64,000 nt of DNA from the NCBI GenBank assembly GCA_963822965.1, contig CAWGJT010000001.1, positions 237,737-301,736 of the forward strand. The letters run 5' to 3'. A model generated the notes under the pieces. It searched no databases and was not told the origin of the DNA. It saw only the letters and a list, made by a program, of their open reading frames with translations. Made by a program: the position numbers and the translations under genes. This stretch comes from an uncultured delta proteobacterium (GTDB lineage Bacteria; Myxococcota_A; UBA9160; UBA4427). Shown piece by piece: positions 1 to 11,642 of the stretch (position 1 is the first letter of the stretch; the number at the start of each line of letters is the position of its first letter).

Positions 1-1045
1 GTCCGCCCGAAGTAGTGCTCGACCGATTCCCGGATCACCGGCAGGTGGGTCGAGCCGCCCGCGAGCAGCACGGCGCTCACGTCGCCGGCTCGAAGACCCG
101 GCCGCATTCACCGCCTCGTCGCAGATCGAGCAGCGCCCGCTGCACCAGGTCCAGGCAGAGACCGTCGAGGGTCGAGCGCCGGAGGACCAGACCTTCCTGG
201 GTGATGGGGCAATCGGGATCGACCTGCGCCAGGTCGATGCGGGTCTCGTCGCTGGCGGCGAGTCGGATCTTCGCCGCCTCGCATTCCGCCAGCAGCCGCG
301 CCGATACCTCCCAGCAGCTCGCCAGGTCCCAGTTGTGGTGCTTGAGCACCTCGAGGGTCGCCCAGTCGGCGAGCTTGCGGTCGATGTCGTTCCCGCCCAG
401 GAACAGGTCACTGGCCATCCCGATCACTTCGGGGCTGCGGGTGCCACAGTCCACGATCGCGACGTCCAGGGTCCCGCCTCCGAGGTCGTACACCGCGACC
501 GGGCCGCGCAGATCCGGGTCGTCCAGGTACGCATAAGCGGTTGCCATGGCCTCGTCGAGGAGACGGAGACCGCGCAGGCCGGCGTGCAGCGCGGCGGTGA
601 CGGTCTCGTCGCGCTGTCTCTCGTTGAAGCCCGTGGGAACCGTCAGCACGACCTCGAGATCCTCGTCCACGCCCTCGAGTCGCTCGGCGATCCGGTCGAG
701 CAGGATGGCCGCGATGTCGGTGGGACTGTGCAGACCCGCCCGCGTCTTGAAGGCCGGTCGGTCGCCGCCCGCATCGACCACCTCCACCGGGTAGCGCTCC
801 CGGAACAATCGCGCCTCCCGCTCGGAGTAGAGGCGCCCGATCAGACGCTTCGACGAGAAGATCGTGTTGGCCTGGTCGATCGCGCGCCGCCGCGCCGCGC
901 TGCGACCCGTGGCGACGCTGCCGTTGGGGAGGAACGCGACCACCGAGGGCAGCCCGGACTCTCCGTGCTTGTCGATGCCGAGCACCCGCTGCTCGACCGA
1001 CGCAACCGTGTTCGTCGTGCCCAGGTCGATGCCGATCCGCCTCAA
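1..1045 (-). CDS. Hsp70/DnaK-family protein (atypical; runs off window; apparent frameshifts near 100-130)
   Basis: GIDLGTTNT, VYDLGGGTLDV, FLGGNDID motifs; after frameshifts continues VLLAGGSTHLPVIRESVEHYFG. TTG start overlaps the TGA of the upstream gene (TTGA, 1045-1042). Confidence 0.88.
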
Positions 1046-1720
1046 GAGTCGATCCTCCCGAGGAAGCGCTGCAGGATCGACAGGGCCCCGGGGTCGATGC
1101 TCGAGACGCGAGCCGTGTAGATGAGGTCGTCCTCGTCTCCACAGCTCTCCACCCGGCACTGGAGCGAGACCTTCTCCCGCGGCGCATCGGGTTCCGCGCT
1201 CGGCAGGAAGAAGTCGAGCGAGAGCACCGTCTCGAGCTCGAAGGCGCGGTCGCCCTGGAGCAGGAGGCTCTTCTCGTCCAGGTCGAGCACGATCACGAAG
1301 CCCTCGCCGGGATGCTCGGGCGTCGGTTCGGTAGTGGACGAGCAGGTCGAGCGTCCCGACCAGCTCCTCGCAGAGGGCGAGCAGCTCCGTCACGACGTGG
1401 ACCAGGTCTTCGGCGCCGCAGATCACCAGCGTCCGGTCGTCGACGGAAGGTGGGCGCGGGGTCGGCTCCAGGGCGTCGGAGGCCAGGACCACGCGCGTCC
1501 CGCGACAGCCCCCGCGCTCCAACGAGTCGATCAGGTTCTCCGCCTCCTCCAGACCCGCTTCCTTGCCGAAGACGACGATCGCGGGACGCTCCAGCTGGGC
1601 CAGGATCCGGCCGCCCTCCAGGGTGGGCGTCTCCACCAGATCCACCGCGCTGACCCCGGAGAGGTGCCGGTTCAGGTGGATCCAGAGCCCGACGCTCTGC
1701 GCGACCAGGACGCGTCTCAC
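1042..1720 (-). CDS. Degenerate receiver-like domain + degenerate PilZ-like domain protein (frameshift near 1320)
   Basis: N-terminal part (MRRVLVAQ...) from ORF 77..1720 joins C-terminal part from ORF 1042..1296 (VLDLDEKSLLL...LSLDFFLP...CRV...LQRFL), which has a PilZ-like barrel pattern. Confidence 0.5.
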
Positions 1721-1762
1721 GACGCGCCTGCGAGCCGGCGGCGCAGCCCGGTCGGCCCGGGA

Positions 1763-2884
1763 CTACGCATCGTCGATGACCTCGGACACGACCACGTTGG
1801 GGGCCCGTTCCCCTCCCGCGAACCGAGGCAACGAGGCCACCATCTCCTCGAGGGCCGCGGCGATGCTCGGCCCCACCTCCCGGAATTGCAGCACGCATCC
1901 ATGGGGGCCGTCGTTGCGAGCCACGACGGCCTTGACCAGCAGCGGCGTGCGACCCGCCCGGCCGTAGATCACGAGCTTGAACTCGTCGCCCTTCTCCAGA
2001 CGCTCGTCCGGAGCGACGCGCATCCCCCCGGTCGAGAGATCCCGCCCGACGATGGTGTGGACCGCGCCCTTGGCGGCGGCCAGCACGGGACGGCAGTAGC
2101 TCTTCCGGGGCGAGCGGCGCCGATCCGGCTGCGACCCGGCTTCGGCGGGCGGTGCTTCGGAGGCAGCCGGGCTGCGGGGGGCCGCCTTCACCTTCCGGGG
2201 GCGGATGGTCGCCGACCCGATGCCGTGGCGCGCCATCAGCGTCCGCAGCCTTTCCCGGACCGCGGCGGGGGGAGGTCGGAAGGCGACCGAGATCTCGTGC
2301 TGCCCCGGTCCATCGCCCTCGCTGGGCTGCGATCCGACGACACGACCCTCGAGCGACAGGGTCCGCCCGCGCGTGAGGCTCCGGGGGAACACGACCTGCG
2401 TGCGATCGCCCGGCGCGAGCGCCTCGGCGCACAGCAGCCCGCACCCCTTCTCGGAGAGCTGGGTCAGCGTGGCGCGCCGCGGACGCAGCCCGGAGCCGAG
2501 CTTCACCTCCGCGCTCATGGCGACACGTTCGTTCGTCCTCCGCTCGGGACCGCTGTAGAGCGCGTGCAGGATCAGCAGGCGCAGGGCGATGGGGTGCACC
2601 GGTCGTTGGACGATGAAGTCGAAGCACCCCGCCTTCAGCGCGCTGCGCAGGGCCGGCGAGTCCTCTTCCAGGATCACGATGTGGAACGAGCGGCGCTCCA
2701 CCTCGGCCGCCCGCTCGGCAGAGGCCTCGAGGGCATGACGCGCGTTGCTGATCCAGAGCGCCTCCGAAGGCACGTCGCCGTGCCACGCGTCCAGGAAGCG
2801 TAGATCCAGCTTCTCGAGCAGCTGCCGGACGTCCTCCAGATCGCCGTCATCGGCGAGGGCAATCGGCGGCAGCTCGGCGTTCAC
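1763..2884 (-). CDS. Pseudo-receiver domain + two PilZ domains
   Basis: IALADD and AGCFDFIVQRPV are receiver-like; ERRTNER...QLSEKG and DRRRSPR...DLSTGG are PilZ motifs; start may be 2884 or 2896. Confidence 0.8.
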   Translation of the reverse strand: MNAELPPIALADDGDLEDVRQLLEKLDLRFLDAWHGDVPSEALWISNARHALEASAERAAEVERRSFHIVILEEDSPALRSALKAGCFDFIVQRPVHPIALRLLILHALYSGPERRTNERVAMSAEVKLGSGLRPRRATLTQLSEKGCGLLCAEALAPGDRTQVVFPRSLTRGRTLSLEGRVVGSQPSEGDGPGQHEISVAFRPPPAAVRERLRTLMARHGIGSATIRPRKVKAAPRSPAASEAPPAEAGSQPDRRRSPRKSYCRPVLAAAKGAVHTIVGRDLSTGGMRVAPDERLEKGDEFKLVIYGRAGRTPLLVKAVVARNDGPHGCVLQFREVGPSIAAALEEMVASLPRFAGGERAPNVVVSEVIDDA

Positions 2885-3065
2885 GCGTTCCCCCAAGGAA
2901 AGGGCCCGAGAGCGAGGCAGTGGGACCCTGGAGATCGGTATCCCACGACACTTGCTTGAGGCGACACGACTCGGCGTTCTCCCCGGCGAGAGCGAGGAGA
3001 GGGAGTCCCCTTGCCCCCGAAGTACGACACTTTCGGACGCATCCGGGAGCCCGAGACCAGCGCTC

Positions 3066-4289
3066 CTAGCCCGAGCCTTCGGGCTCCGGGTCCGACTCCG
3101 GGACCCAGGCGAAGAGCCCCGCCGTCGCCACCACGGCCAGCCCGGCGCCGAAGTAGAAGGGCGCCGCCGGACCGAACCCCGCCCAGGAACCGAGTCCCTG
3201 CCAGAGCAGCCCGGCGATCAGCGAAGCGGGCAGATCGAGCACGCCCAGCAGGGCCGCGTGACTGCCATAGGCCATGGCCCGGCGCTCGGCGGGAACGAGA
3301 TCGGCCACGAAGGCCCGGGCCGTGCCCGTCGCGAGGCCGTAGTAGACGCCGTAGACGGCGTAGAGCCACGCGATGGTGGGCGCGCCCCCGGCGCGCGCGA
3401 AGCCCAGATAGATGGCCGCATAGACGAGCCAGCCCATGGCGAGCACCTGCCGGCGGCCGATGCGATCCGAGAGGCGGCCGGCCGGCGTCGAGACCAGCGC
3501 GTAGACGACGTTGAAGGCGAGCAGCATCCAGAGCACGTCGGTCACTCCCGCGCCGCGCTCCTGGGCGCGCAGCACCAGGAAGGCGTCCGACGAGTTGCCG
3601 AGGTCGAAGAGGCCGGCCACCACGAGGAAGCGCGCGAACGGACGCCCGAGACCCCGCACCCCCATGCGCAGCGGGCTGCCGGGCCCCGAGGCTCGCGCTT
3701 CGCGCGCCGCGAAGGCCAGCACCGCCACCGCCAGGACGGCGGGTGCCAGGCTCAGCAGAACCAGGGTGTGGAACGTGTCCCGGGTGAGCCGGTCGGCACC
3801 GCCCTGCACCGCACCCACCACCGCGATCGAAACCGCGATGCCGAGCACGGCGCCGCCGGTGTCCGCGGCCCGGTGCAGCCCGAAGGCCAGGCCGCGATTG
3901 CGCTCGTCGATCGAGTCGGCCAGCAGGGCGTCGCGCGGCGCCGTACGGATTCCCTTGCCGACGCGATCGGCCCAGCGCGCGCCGGCCACGGTGCCCCAGC
4001 TGCCCGCGAGCAGGAAGCCCGGCTTGGCGAGGGCCGACACCGCGTACCCCAGGACCGCAGGCCACTTGCGGCTGCGGAATCGATCGGAGAGGGCGCCGGA
4101 GCCGAGCTTCAGCAGGCTCGCGGCCGACTCGGCCACCCCCTCGATCAGGCCGATCACCGACGTGCGCGCACCGAGCACGTTGGCGAGGAAGAGAGGCAGC
4201 AGGTTCAGGACCATCTCGCTCGAGAGGTCCATCAGGAAGCTGGTGATGCTGGCCGCCCAGATGTTGCGCGGGATCGGTCGGCCCGGCAT
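3066..4289 (-). CDS. MFS transporter
   Basis: About 12 hydrophobic segments; GALSDRFRSR and GRLSDRIGRR MFS motif A. Confidence 0.92.
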   Translation of the reverse strand: MPGRPIPRNIWAASITSFLMDLSSEMVLNLLPLFLANVLGARTSVIGLIEGVAESAASLLKLGSGALSDRFRSRKWPAVLGYAVSALAKPGFLLAGSWGTVAGARWADRVGKGIRTAPRDALLADSIDERNRGLAFGLHRAADTGGAVLGIAVSIAVVGAVQGGADRLTRDTFHTLVLLSLAPAVLAVAVLAFAAREARASGPGSPLRMGVRGLGRPFARFLVVAGLFDLGNSSDAFLVLRAQERGAGVTDVLWMLLAFNVVYALVSTPAGRLSDRIGRRQVLAMGWLVYAAIYLGFARAGGAPTIAWLYAVYGVYYGLATGTARAFVADLVPAERRAMAYGSHAALLGVLDLPASLIAGLLWQGLGSWAGFGPAAPFYFGAGLAVVATAGLFAWVPESDPEPEGSG

Positions 4290-4452
4290 CGGTGAGCTCC
4301 CCCCGGCGCGGGAGTGTCGCGGCGCGGGGGCCCCACCGCAACGAGCGGCAGACCGGGCCGGACCTCCCGCGTGCGCCCCGCCGAGAGCAACTTTCGCGAA
4401 TCCGGCGGACCCCTGCGAGCTAAGTTTCGGGCTCACCGACGAGGATGGGCCC

Positions 4453-5130
4453 ATGCCGCCGAAGGGCGAACCGGCCTTCGATGTACGCGCGGCGGAGCGA
4501 CATCTCGCTCGGCGGGACGAACGTCTCGCCGAGCTGATCGCCACCGCCCCGCCCTTCCGCATCGATCCCCGTCGGTCGCCCTACGACGCGTTGCTCGAGT
4601 CGATCGCCTACCAGTCCATCTCGGGCCGGGCCGCGGCGACGATCTTCGCTCGGGTGAAGGCTCTGGGGCGAAACGGCTCGCCCCCCGCGCCGGAGGCGAT
4701 GCTGAAGCTCTCGCCGGCCACGCTCCGAAAGGCCGGCCTGTCGGGCGCCAAGGTCACCGCCATGAAGGACCTGGCACGCAAGCGGATCGAAGGCGTCGTC
4801 CCGACCCTCGGCCAGGCGCGCCGCATGTCCGACGAGGAGCTCGTCGAGCGCCTCGTGTCGGTCCGCGGCATCGGCGTCTGGTCGGTGGAGATGTTCCTGA
4901 TCTTCCGCCTGGGCCGGCCGGACGTGCTGCCGATCCACGACCTCGGCGTGAAGAAGGGCTGGGCGGTCACCTACGGCAGGAAGCACATGCCGACGCCGAA
5001 GCAGCTCCTCGCCTTCGGTGAGCGCTGGCGCCCGTACCGGACGCTCGCCAGCTGGTACCTGTGGCGCGCCTTCGAGCGTGCGGGCCCCGCAGCGACGAAC
5101 TCGATCCAGGCGCCGCGAAAGCCGCGCTAG
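4453..5130 (+). CDS. DNA-3-methyladenine glycosylase II (AlkA/HhH-GPD family)
   Basis: LLESIAYQSIS, LVSVRGIGVWS helix-hairpin-helix, DVLP..DLG, WRPYRTLASWYLW. Confidence 0.9.
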   Translation: MPPKGEPAFDVRAAERHLARRDERLAELIATAPPFRIDPRRSPYDALLESIAYQSISGRAAATIFARVKALGRNGSPPAPEAMLKLSPATLRKAGLSGAKVTAMKDLARKRIEGVVPTLGQARRMSDEELVERLVSVRGIGVWSVEMFLIFRLGRPDVLPIHDLGVKKGWAVTYGRKHMPTPKQLLAFGERWRPYRTLASWYLWRAFERAGPAATNSIQAPRKPR

Positions 5131-5165
5131 ATGGCTTCGAGCACGATCGGCTGCCCGGGCCGGGC

Positions 5166-8100
5166 TCAGCCCTCGCTGCGCTCCTTCGCAGGCCGCCGGA
5201 TCGCGAGCGGTCGCCACAGCTCGCCGTGGCTGAAGCAGTCCCAGCCCCAGCGCAGCCAGCGCAGCAGCGCCTGGGCGAGCCAGAGCGCCCAGGCCAGCAT
5301 CGCCAGCCGGTAGACGAGCAGGGGCACCGAGACCACCCACGCAGCCGGCAGCGTGGCGTCGGCGCGATCCGCGTACCAGCGCAGCAGGTACCCCGACGAT
5401 CCGTTGCCCTCGATCTGCATCTCCGGCAGTCCCAGCAGGCCCGTCCGGATGGAGACGAGCAGCGCCAGGAGGGCGACGGCCGTCAGCACCGCGAGCCCCA
5501 CCTGCGCCAGGTCGAACCAGCGACCCGGCAGTCGATTGCCCCGGGACCCGCGCCAGCCGAGTGCCAGCAGCCACACGACGACGGTGGCCGCCGCGCCGAG
5601 GGGCGCCTGGGTGAGACCGAGCCCCAGCAGGAGCCAGTGGTGGAAGCGCAGCGGCGTCACGGGAATGCGACCCAGGCCGACGGCGATTCCCACGAGGACC
5701 ACGAGGAAGGACCAGAAGAGGACGGCCGGCCCGAGGCGCGGCCCGCCGGCCGCCAGGATCCAGCGGCTCTGGGGGACGTGCAGCTCGATTCCGGCGTTGA
5801 CGCTCGGCATGCCGAGATCCACGACCGGGGTCCGCAAGCGAAGGCCGAGGAGCTGGGGCTCGCTCCAGTCCAGGGAGAACTTCTGGCTGCCCGGAACCAG
5901 GGGGAGCACCACCTCCCTTCCCTCCTGGCGGAGGGGCTGCTGGGTTCCGTTCACCGAGACGCCGCGAAGGACCGCACCCTCGGGCAGCGTGATCCGCTGC
6001 TCGCCGCCGCGACTGCTTCGCAGGGACACCGAGAGGCTGGCGTCCATCGACCGGAGGCCCGGCGTGGCGACCAGCGCGCTCGCGTCGACGGTCGCGGTCG
6101 GTCCCTCGACGCCCGCAGGCCGCGTCACCTCCAGCCGCACGGACTCCCCCGGCCACGGCTGCCAGCGTCGCACCCGGGCGGCGCTGGCCTCGGCCTGGTG
6201 GACGCGGGGGAATGCCCGAGGCCTCGACGTGCCAGATCGGGCTGGCGTCGAGCGTCCACACCTCGGTCCAGGCGCTCGTCTTCGCCGCCTGCAGCTCGAT
6301 CGCGGGCGCGAGGGCGAGGGTCGACGTCCAGCCGGTGGCGGCCACGCCCGGCTCGAGGACGATCTGTGCGCGCTGGTCCTGCACGCGGATGCCCGCCGTG
6401 GTGACCGCCTCGCCGGGAAGCAGCGGAACCTCCAGGCGGATGGACGGCTGGATCGGCGTCAGCCGCCGCACCTTCGTCTCGACCTGCCAGGTGATGCCGA
6501 GGTGCAGCTCGCGGACCACCTCGACGAAGAACGGCAGCTCGCCGGCTTCGAGCGGCCGTTCGCGCGTGCCGCCGGAACCGGTGCGCGCCACCCGGGTCAG
6601 CTGCAGGGTGCGGTCGGCGCGCCCGTCCTCGAGGAGGCCGTGCAGCACCCAGCCCTCGACGGAGGCCTCCACCCGATGGGGCGGCAGGGGCAGCGGCAGC
6701 TCCACCGCGTCGCGGTCGGGCAACGGCCCGCTCATCTCGACGCGGTGGGTCCCGGCAGACAGGTGGATCCACAGCACACCGTCCGGCGTCGCGTAGAGCC
6801 CCGTCGCGTCCCGGCCGTCGACCCGGACCCTCTCCGGCAGCCAGCTGCGTGTCCCGCCCGGCAGCGGCGCTCCGCCTTCCGCGAGCATGTCCACCCCGAA
6901 GTCGAGCCGCAGGGAGTCCGGGCGGGCCTCGACCACGATGCCGGGGCTCTCCGCACAGTCGGGCGCGCAGTCTGGCGGAGCCAACAGGCGCTCCCGCAGC
7001 TCGTCGAGCAGCTCCTTCGAAGGCAGATCCGCACGCGCTGCGGGTGCCGCCAACGAGGCCAGCAAGGCGAGCGCCAGCGCGGCCGCCGTCGATGCGCCCC
7101 ACAATCGTCCCTTCGGAATCCAGCCGGGACCGGACGAGCCCCGCAGAACGACGCAGACCAGGAGCGCGGCCAGGGCCGCTACCCGCGCGAAGGCGAGCAC
7201 CCCGGTAGCCCACGGCGGCGCCAGGAAGAAGCGCAGCTCCTGCCCCCGAGCGACCGGCCCGTTCCAGGAGAGATCGACGTTGCGCCAGGTCCACTGCGGC
7301 AGCCCCGGTCCCGTCGTGATCCGCGCGAGCGGATCGGGCTGGTAGTCGTAGACGCTCGACTTCGGGGAGGGCAGGCCGAGGGTTCGCTCCGCGACGGCGG
7401 CGCTGGAGCGAAGGCGCTTCTCGGCGAAGTCGGCCTCCTGCTCCAGGGCGGCCCTAGGTTGGGCCGGAGGCGGCGAGGCCGGCGGCGGGCGGACGGCACC
7501 CCCCGGATGCTCCAGCGCCGGATGCAGCCCAACACGCACCTGCTGCACGGCGAACGGCAGGCCCACCAGCACGAGGCACGCCAGCGCGAAGCCGCGATAG
7601 ACGGAGATCCAGCTCGCGAAGCGCCCGGCCGGGAGGGCGCGCGCCAGCGCCTCCCCGACGAGCACGAAGAGCCACGCCCAGCGCGGCGCGCCGGGCTCGG
7701 TATAGGAGAGCAGCATGGCGACGCCGGCCACGAGGCCCCACCGCACGCCCCACAAGCGCCCGGTCGCCAAGACGATGATCAGCGCCGTGAAGATGTCGAG
7801 CAGGTTCCAGCGGTTCACCCAGGTCGACTGCACCGAGTCGACACCGGTGGCGTGCAGCAGGCGCCAGCCCGGCGGCAGCTGCAGCCGTCCCTGCAACGCC
7901 TGGAAATCGTGGTCCCAGCCCACCGCCGGCAGGCGCGAGCCGGCGTCGTCGATGCGGCTGTCGGCGACGATCTCGACGGCGCCGCGTGGCACCTCGATGC
8001 CGACGCGTTGGGACCCACCGGCTTCGTTCGGGAGCTGCGTGATGAACTGGTCGCGCCCGTTCAGGGCGACGCGACCCAGGTGGGTGGCGGCGTCCATCTC

Positions 8101-9249
8101 GAGGCGGCTGCTGCGTCGGATCTCACCCTCGATCCGATCCTGGATCGTGTAGCCACCCCCGTCGAAGTCGAGCCACCAGCTGCGCTGGAGGGAGAGCAGG
8201 TCCGGGGCCGGCTCCGCATCGCCCCGACGCTTCTCGCTGAGCATGAGCGCGTCTCCGGGGTGCAGCAGATAGGCGGGCAAGCTCTTCCACTGGGGGGGCA
8301 GGTTGGTCTGCTGGGGATCGATCGGCGAGCCGCCGGAGACGGTGACGAGGCGCAGGTCGGGTCGCGCGGCGAACACCCAGATCTCGCTGGCCGCCCAGGG
8401 ACCCCCGGGCTCCACCGCAGCGATCCGGTCCACCGGCCCCTCGTGGCGCGCGTCGAGATCGATCTCGAAGCGTCCCGGGCGCACCTGGACACGCAGGCGG
8501 CCGTCCGGGTCGAGGCGCGCGGGAAGCGCGCTGCGCAGGTCCATGGCCAGGAAGCCCTCCGGCAGCGCGCGCCCCAGCACCACCTCGCGACTGCGGCCGG
8601 AGACCTGGAGCGAGACGCGGGTCTCGAGCCGGAGGGGAATGGCGTCCACGAGCCGCCGGTGGACGACGATCTCCAGCCGACTCTTCTCGCCGTCGTCACC
8701 GCTCCGCTTCCGGAGCCAGAGCCGACCCTGCTCGTCGCGCTGGGGTGTGGTGACGGTCTGCCTCCCCTGCGCGCCCTGGAGGACGAGGGAGAGCAGCGCG
8801 GTCTGCGGGGGAACCTGGAGCAGCTCCGGCATCGCGTCCCAGCGGAAGCGCCCCTGCACGCGATGCTCGCCCGGGCCGAGCTCGACGGCGGGACGCCCGT
8901 CGGTGGAGCCGACCGCCGCCGGCCGGCCGTCGACCTCCACGTCCTGGGGCCAGTAGCGCGAATCGCCGGGAAGGGGCACGGACAGCCGTCGTTCCACGCG
9001 CCAGCGCTGCTCGAAGCGACCCGTTCGCTCGCCCAGCTCGAGCTCGAGCCGGGTCGGCCACGCGCACACGCGGCGGCCCGCCTGGGACGAGAGGAGCGAG
9101 CACTGCTCCGCCTCGTGGCCGCGAAGCACCCACCCGGTCCAGGGGCGGAGCGGCTCGGGAACCTCGTCGGGCGGGAGCGGCGCTCCTCGGGCGACGCCGG
9201 CCGCCAGCAACACGAGGCCGATCCAAACGACACGAAGCGCGACGCGCAT
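5166..9249 (-). CDS. Large (~1360 aa) signal-peptide-bearing membrane protein of unknown function (frameshift near 6200)
   Basis: ORF 4420..9417 from MRVALRVVW joins ORF 5166..6173; signal peptide, two beta-rich regions each followed by TM clusters. Confidence 0.75.
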
Positions 9250-9487
9250 CCCCACCCCCCTGTCGTCGACGGCCCCATGATACAGGCTCGCAGCGACCCG
9301 CGAGGATCCAGCTGCGCTCACATGGGTCGACACGCCCCACGGTGGCTCGCGGTAGGGGATACGGGGCGTGATCCCGACGGCACGATCGCGAGCTCGAGCT
9401 GCGCCCACGCGGCACACCCGGCGGTGCGGGCGACCCGCACTTCGATCTCGGCGGATTCGAGCTCGGCCTGGGCAGTCGCTCGGGCCG

Positions 9488-9958
9488 TCACGAACCGGCC
9501 TCCAGGGCCTCCAACACCTTCGCCGGGTGGTCGGCCGCCTTGGCGACCCGCGCCCAGTGCTTCTTCACCTTGCCGTCGGCGCCGATCCAGACGGTGGAGC
9601 GGATCACGCCCGTCGTCTTCTTGCCGTACATCATCTTCTCGCCGAAGGCTCCGTAGGCGGTCATCACCTTCTTGTCGGGATCGCAGAGCAGCGTGAACGG
9701 GAGCCGGTACTTGCCGATGAACTTCTGGTGGGACTCGGACCCGTCCGGCGAGACGCCGAGCACCACCGCACCGTGCTTCTGGATCTTCTTCCACAGGTCG
9801 CGGAAGCCCTGGGCCTCCTTGGTGCAGCCGGGCGTATCGTCCCTGGGATAGAAGTAGAGGATCACGTCGCTGCCCTTCAGGTCCTTCAGCGACACCTTCC
9901 CGCCGTCCTGGTCCTTCAGCGTGAAGGCCGGCGCGGCCTTGCCCTCCTGGATCGCCAC
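9488..9958 (-). CDS. bcp: Thioredoxin-dependent thiol peroxidase (BCP/PrxQ)
   Basis: YFYPRDDTPGCTKEA, GVSPD, RST motifs. Confidence 0.93.
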   Translation of the reverse strand: MAIQEGKAAPAFTLKDQDGGKVSLKDLKGSDVILYFYPRDDTPGCTKEAQGFRDLWKKIQKHGAVVLGVSPDGSESHQKFIGKYRLPFTLLCDPDKKVMTAYGAFGEKMMYGKKTTGVIRSTVWIGADGKVKKHWARVAKAADHPAKVLEALEAGS

Positions 9959-10060
9959 TTCGCTCTCCTCCTGGTCGCTCCCTGCAGCGCCCCGCTCCCG
10001 TGCGCGCGATGGTCGTGGATGGCCGAGACCCGGGTCGGACGCCGGGGGCTCGAGAGAAGT

Positions 10061-11421
10061 CTAGCGGCCGAAGGCCCGGGACAGCCCCGGCAGGAGCGAA
10101 TCCGGGGCACACCTCGACCCCGAGGCAGGCCGCGACCATGACGGCCGAGGCCAGGGCGGAGGTCCGATACAGTGCCAGCATCGAAAGCAGGCTGCGCTCG
10201 AGCAGGTGGGCGCTGCCCAGCAGGAAGACGGGCAGGACGACGAGGCCGCGCGCGGCGATCACCCCCGGCCACCGCGACGAGCCCGAAGCGGTACACGAGG
10301 GCGATGCCCACGACGGTCACGAGCGCAGACGCCACGCTGATCTGCATCATCCAGTCGGCGCGGCCCCGGGCCACGAGGATCGGCGCGTTGACGGCGTAGA
10401 TCGCCTGGCACACCCCGAAGACGGCGAGAATTTGCATGATGGGAACGCTGGCCATCCACTGCTCGCCGGAGGCCAGGGGAACGAGGTTCGGGGCCACGAC
10501 CATGAGACCCGTGGCGGCGGGCAACGCGATCAGGCCGTTCAGCGCCGCCGCGCGGTCGACCCCGGCGCGCATGCGCGCCAGGTTGCCCTGCAGACGCGCG
10601 AAGACGGGCAGCGAGATCGAATTGATGGGCGTGGAGACCAGCTCGATCACCATCCGGAGGGCCCGGAAGCCCACCACGTAGAAGCCGAGCGCGGTGGCAC
10701 CCATGAGGTGACCGATCATCAGCCGGTCGAGACGGTCCGTCAGCACCCGCAGCAGGTTGCTGCCGGTCATCGCCATGCCGAAGCCGAGCATCTCGCGCAG
10801 ATGGCTTCGCGAGATGCGAAGGCCCGGTCGCCATTCGGCCGCCTTCCACAGCACCAGGGTCGCCATGACGCTCGCGCTCAGCTGCTGCCCCACCAGGCTC
10901 CAGACGCCGAACCCGGAGAACGCCATCGTCGACCCGACGAGCCCCCCGAACAAGCTCGCACTCAGGGTCCGCAGGGCCAGCGGCCGAACCCGCAGGCGAC
11001 GGCGCATGAACGCCTGCTGCGTCGACGAGAGCGACCCCACGACGAAGCCCACCGAGAGCCAGCGCAGGATCGGGCCGAGCGCCGCGTCCCCCATCAGGCT
11101 CGCCAGGAGGTCGGACCCGAGCACGATCGACGAGGCGATCACGATCGCGATCCCCACCTGGGTCCAGAACGCAGTGTCGAGATAGGCCGGGTCCAGGCGC
11201 TCGTAGCGGATCACCGCCTGGCCCAGGCCCGCGTTCGCGACCACCTGCAGCAGACCCGTCACCACCGACGCGTAGGCGACGAGGCCGAAGGCTTCGGGCG
11301 GGAGCAGCCTCGCCAGGATGACGAAGACCACGAGGTTGCAGATCTGACCGCCCCAGGACTGGACGAACATCCACACCGCGGCCGAGATCGCCCTCTCGCG
11401 CAGGTTGTCGCGCCGGCTCAT
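10061..11421 (-). CDS. Polysaccharide flippase (Wzx/PST family); 3' end uncertain because of frameshift(s) near 10265
   Basis: LARLLPPEAFG, GFGVWSLVGQQ, D.LMIG...G.Y pattern; many TM segments. Confidence 0.85.
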
Positions 11422-11642
11422 GTCGGGTGGCTCTCTGTTCGAGATGCGTCCGCAGCGCTCCGGGGAGGCTCGACGGCTCCCGGTGGCGGGTACGTCGCGA
11501 ACCCGAGCAGGCTATCACACGCCCGGATCCGGGGTCAGAAGTCGCGACGCGCCGTGACGAGCGCGAGGCGCCTCGGCCGGCCGGCGTGGAACTTCCGCGG
11601 ACGCCGATCGGGTAGGATCTCGTTCCGCCGGAAGGGGGAGAC

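Noticed and set aside
77..1720. ORF-track 547-aa receiver-Hsp70 fusion
   Set aside because: Created by a frameshift near 1320; the upstream gene ends at 1042 in another frame and the Hsp70 has its own TTG start.
5353..9696. Very long antisense or alternative-frame ORFs (e.g. 1447, 1194, 1028, 1016 aa)
   Set aside because: Arg/Pro/Ala-rich shadow frames expected at this GC content, overlapping well-supported genes.
10061..11421. Flippase as marker of a polysaccharide biosynthesis island
   Set aside because: No glycosyltransferase, polymerase or sugar-pathway genes are adjacent; it is an orphan here.
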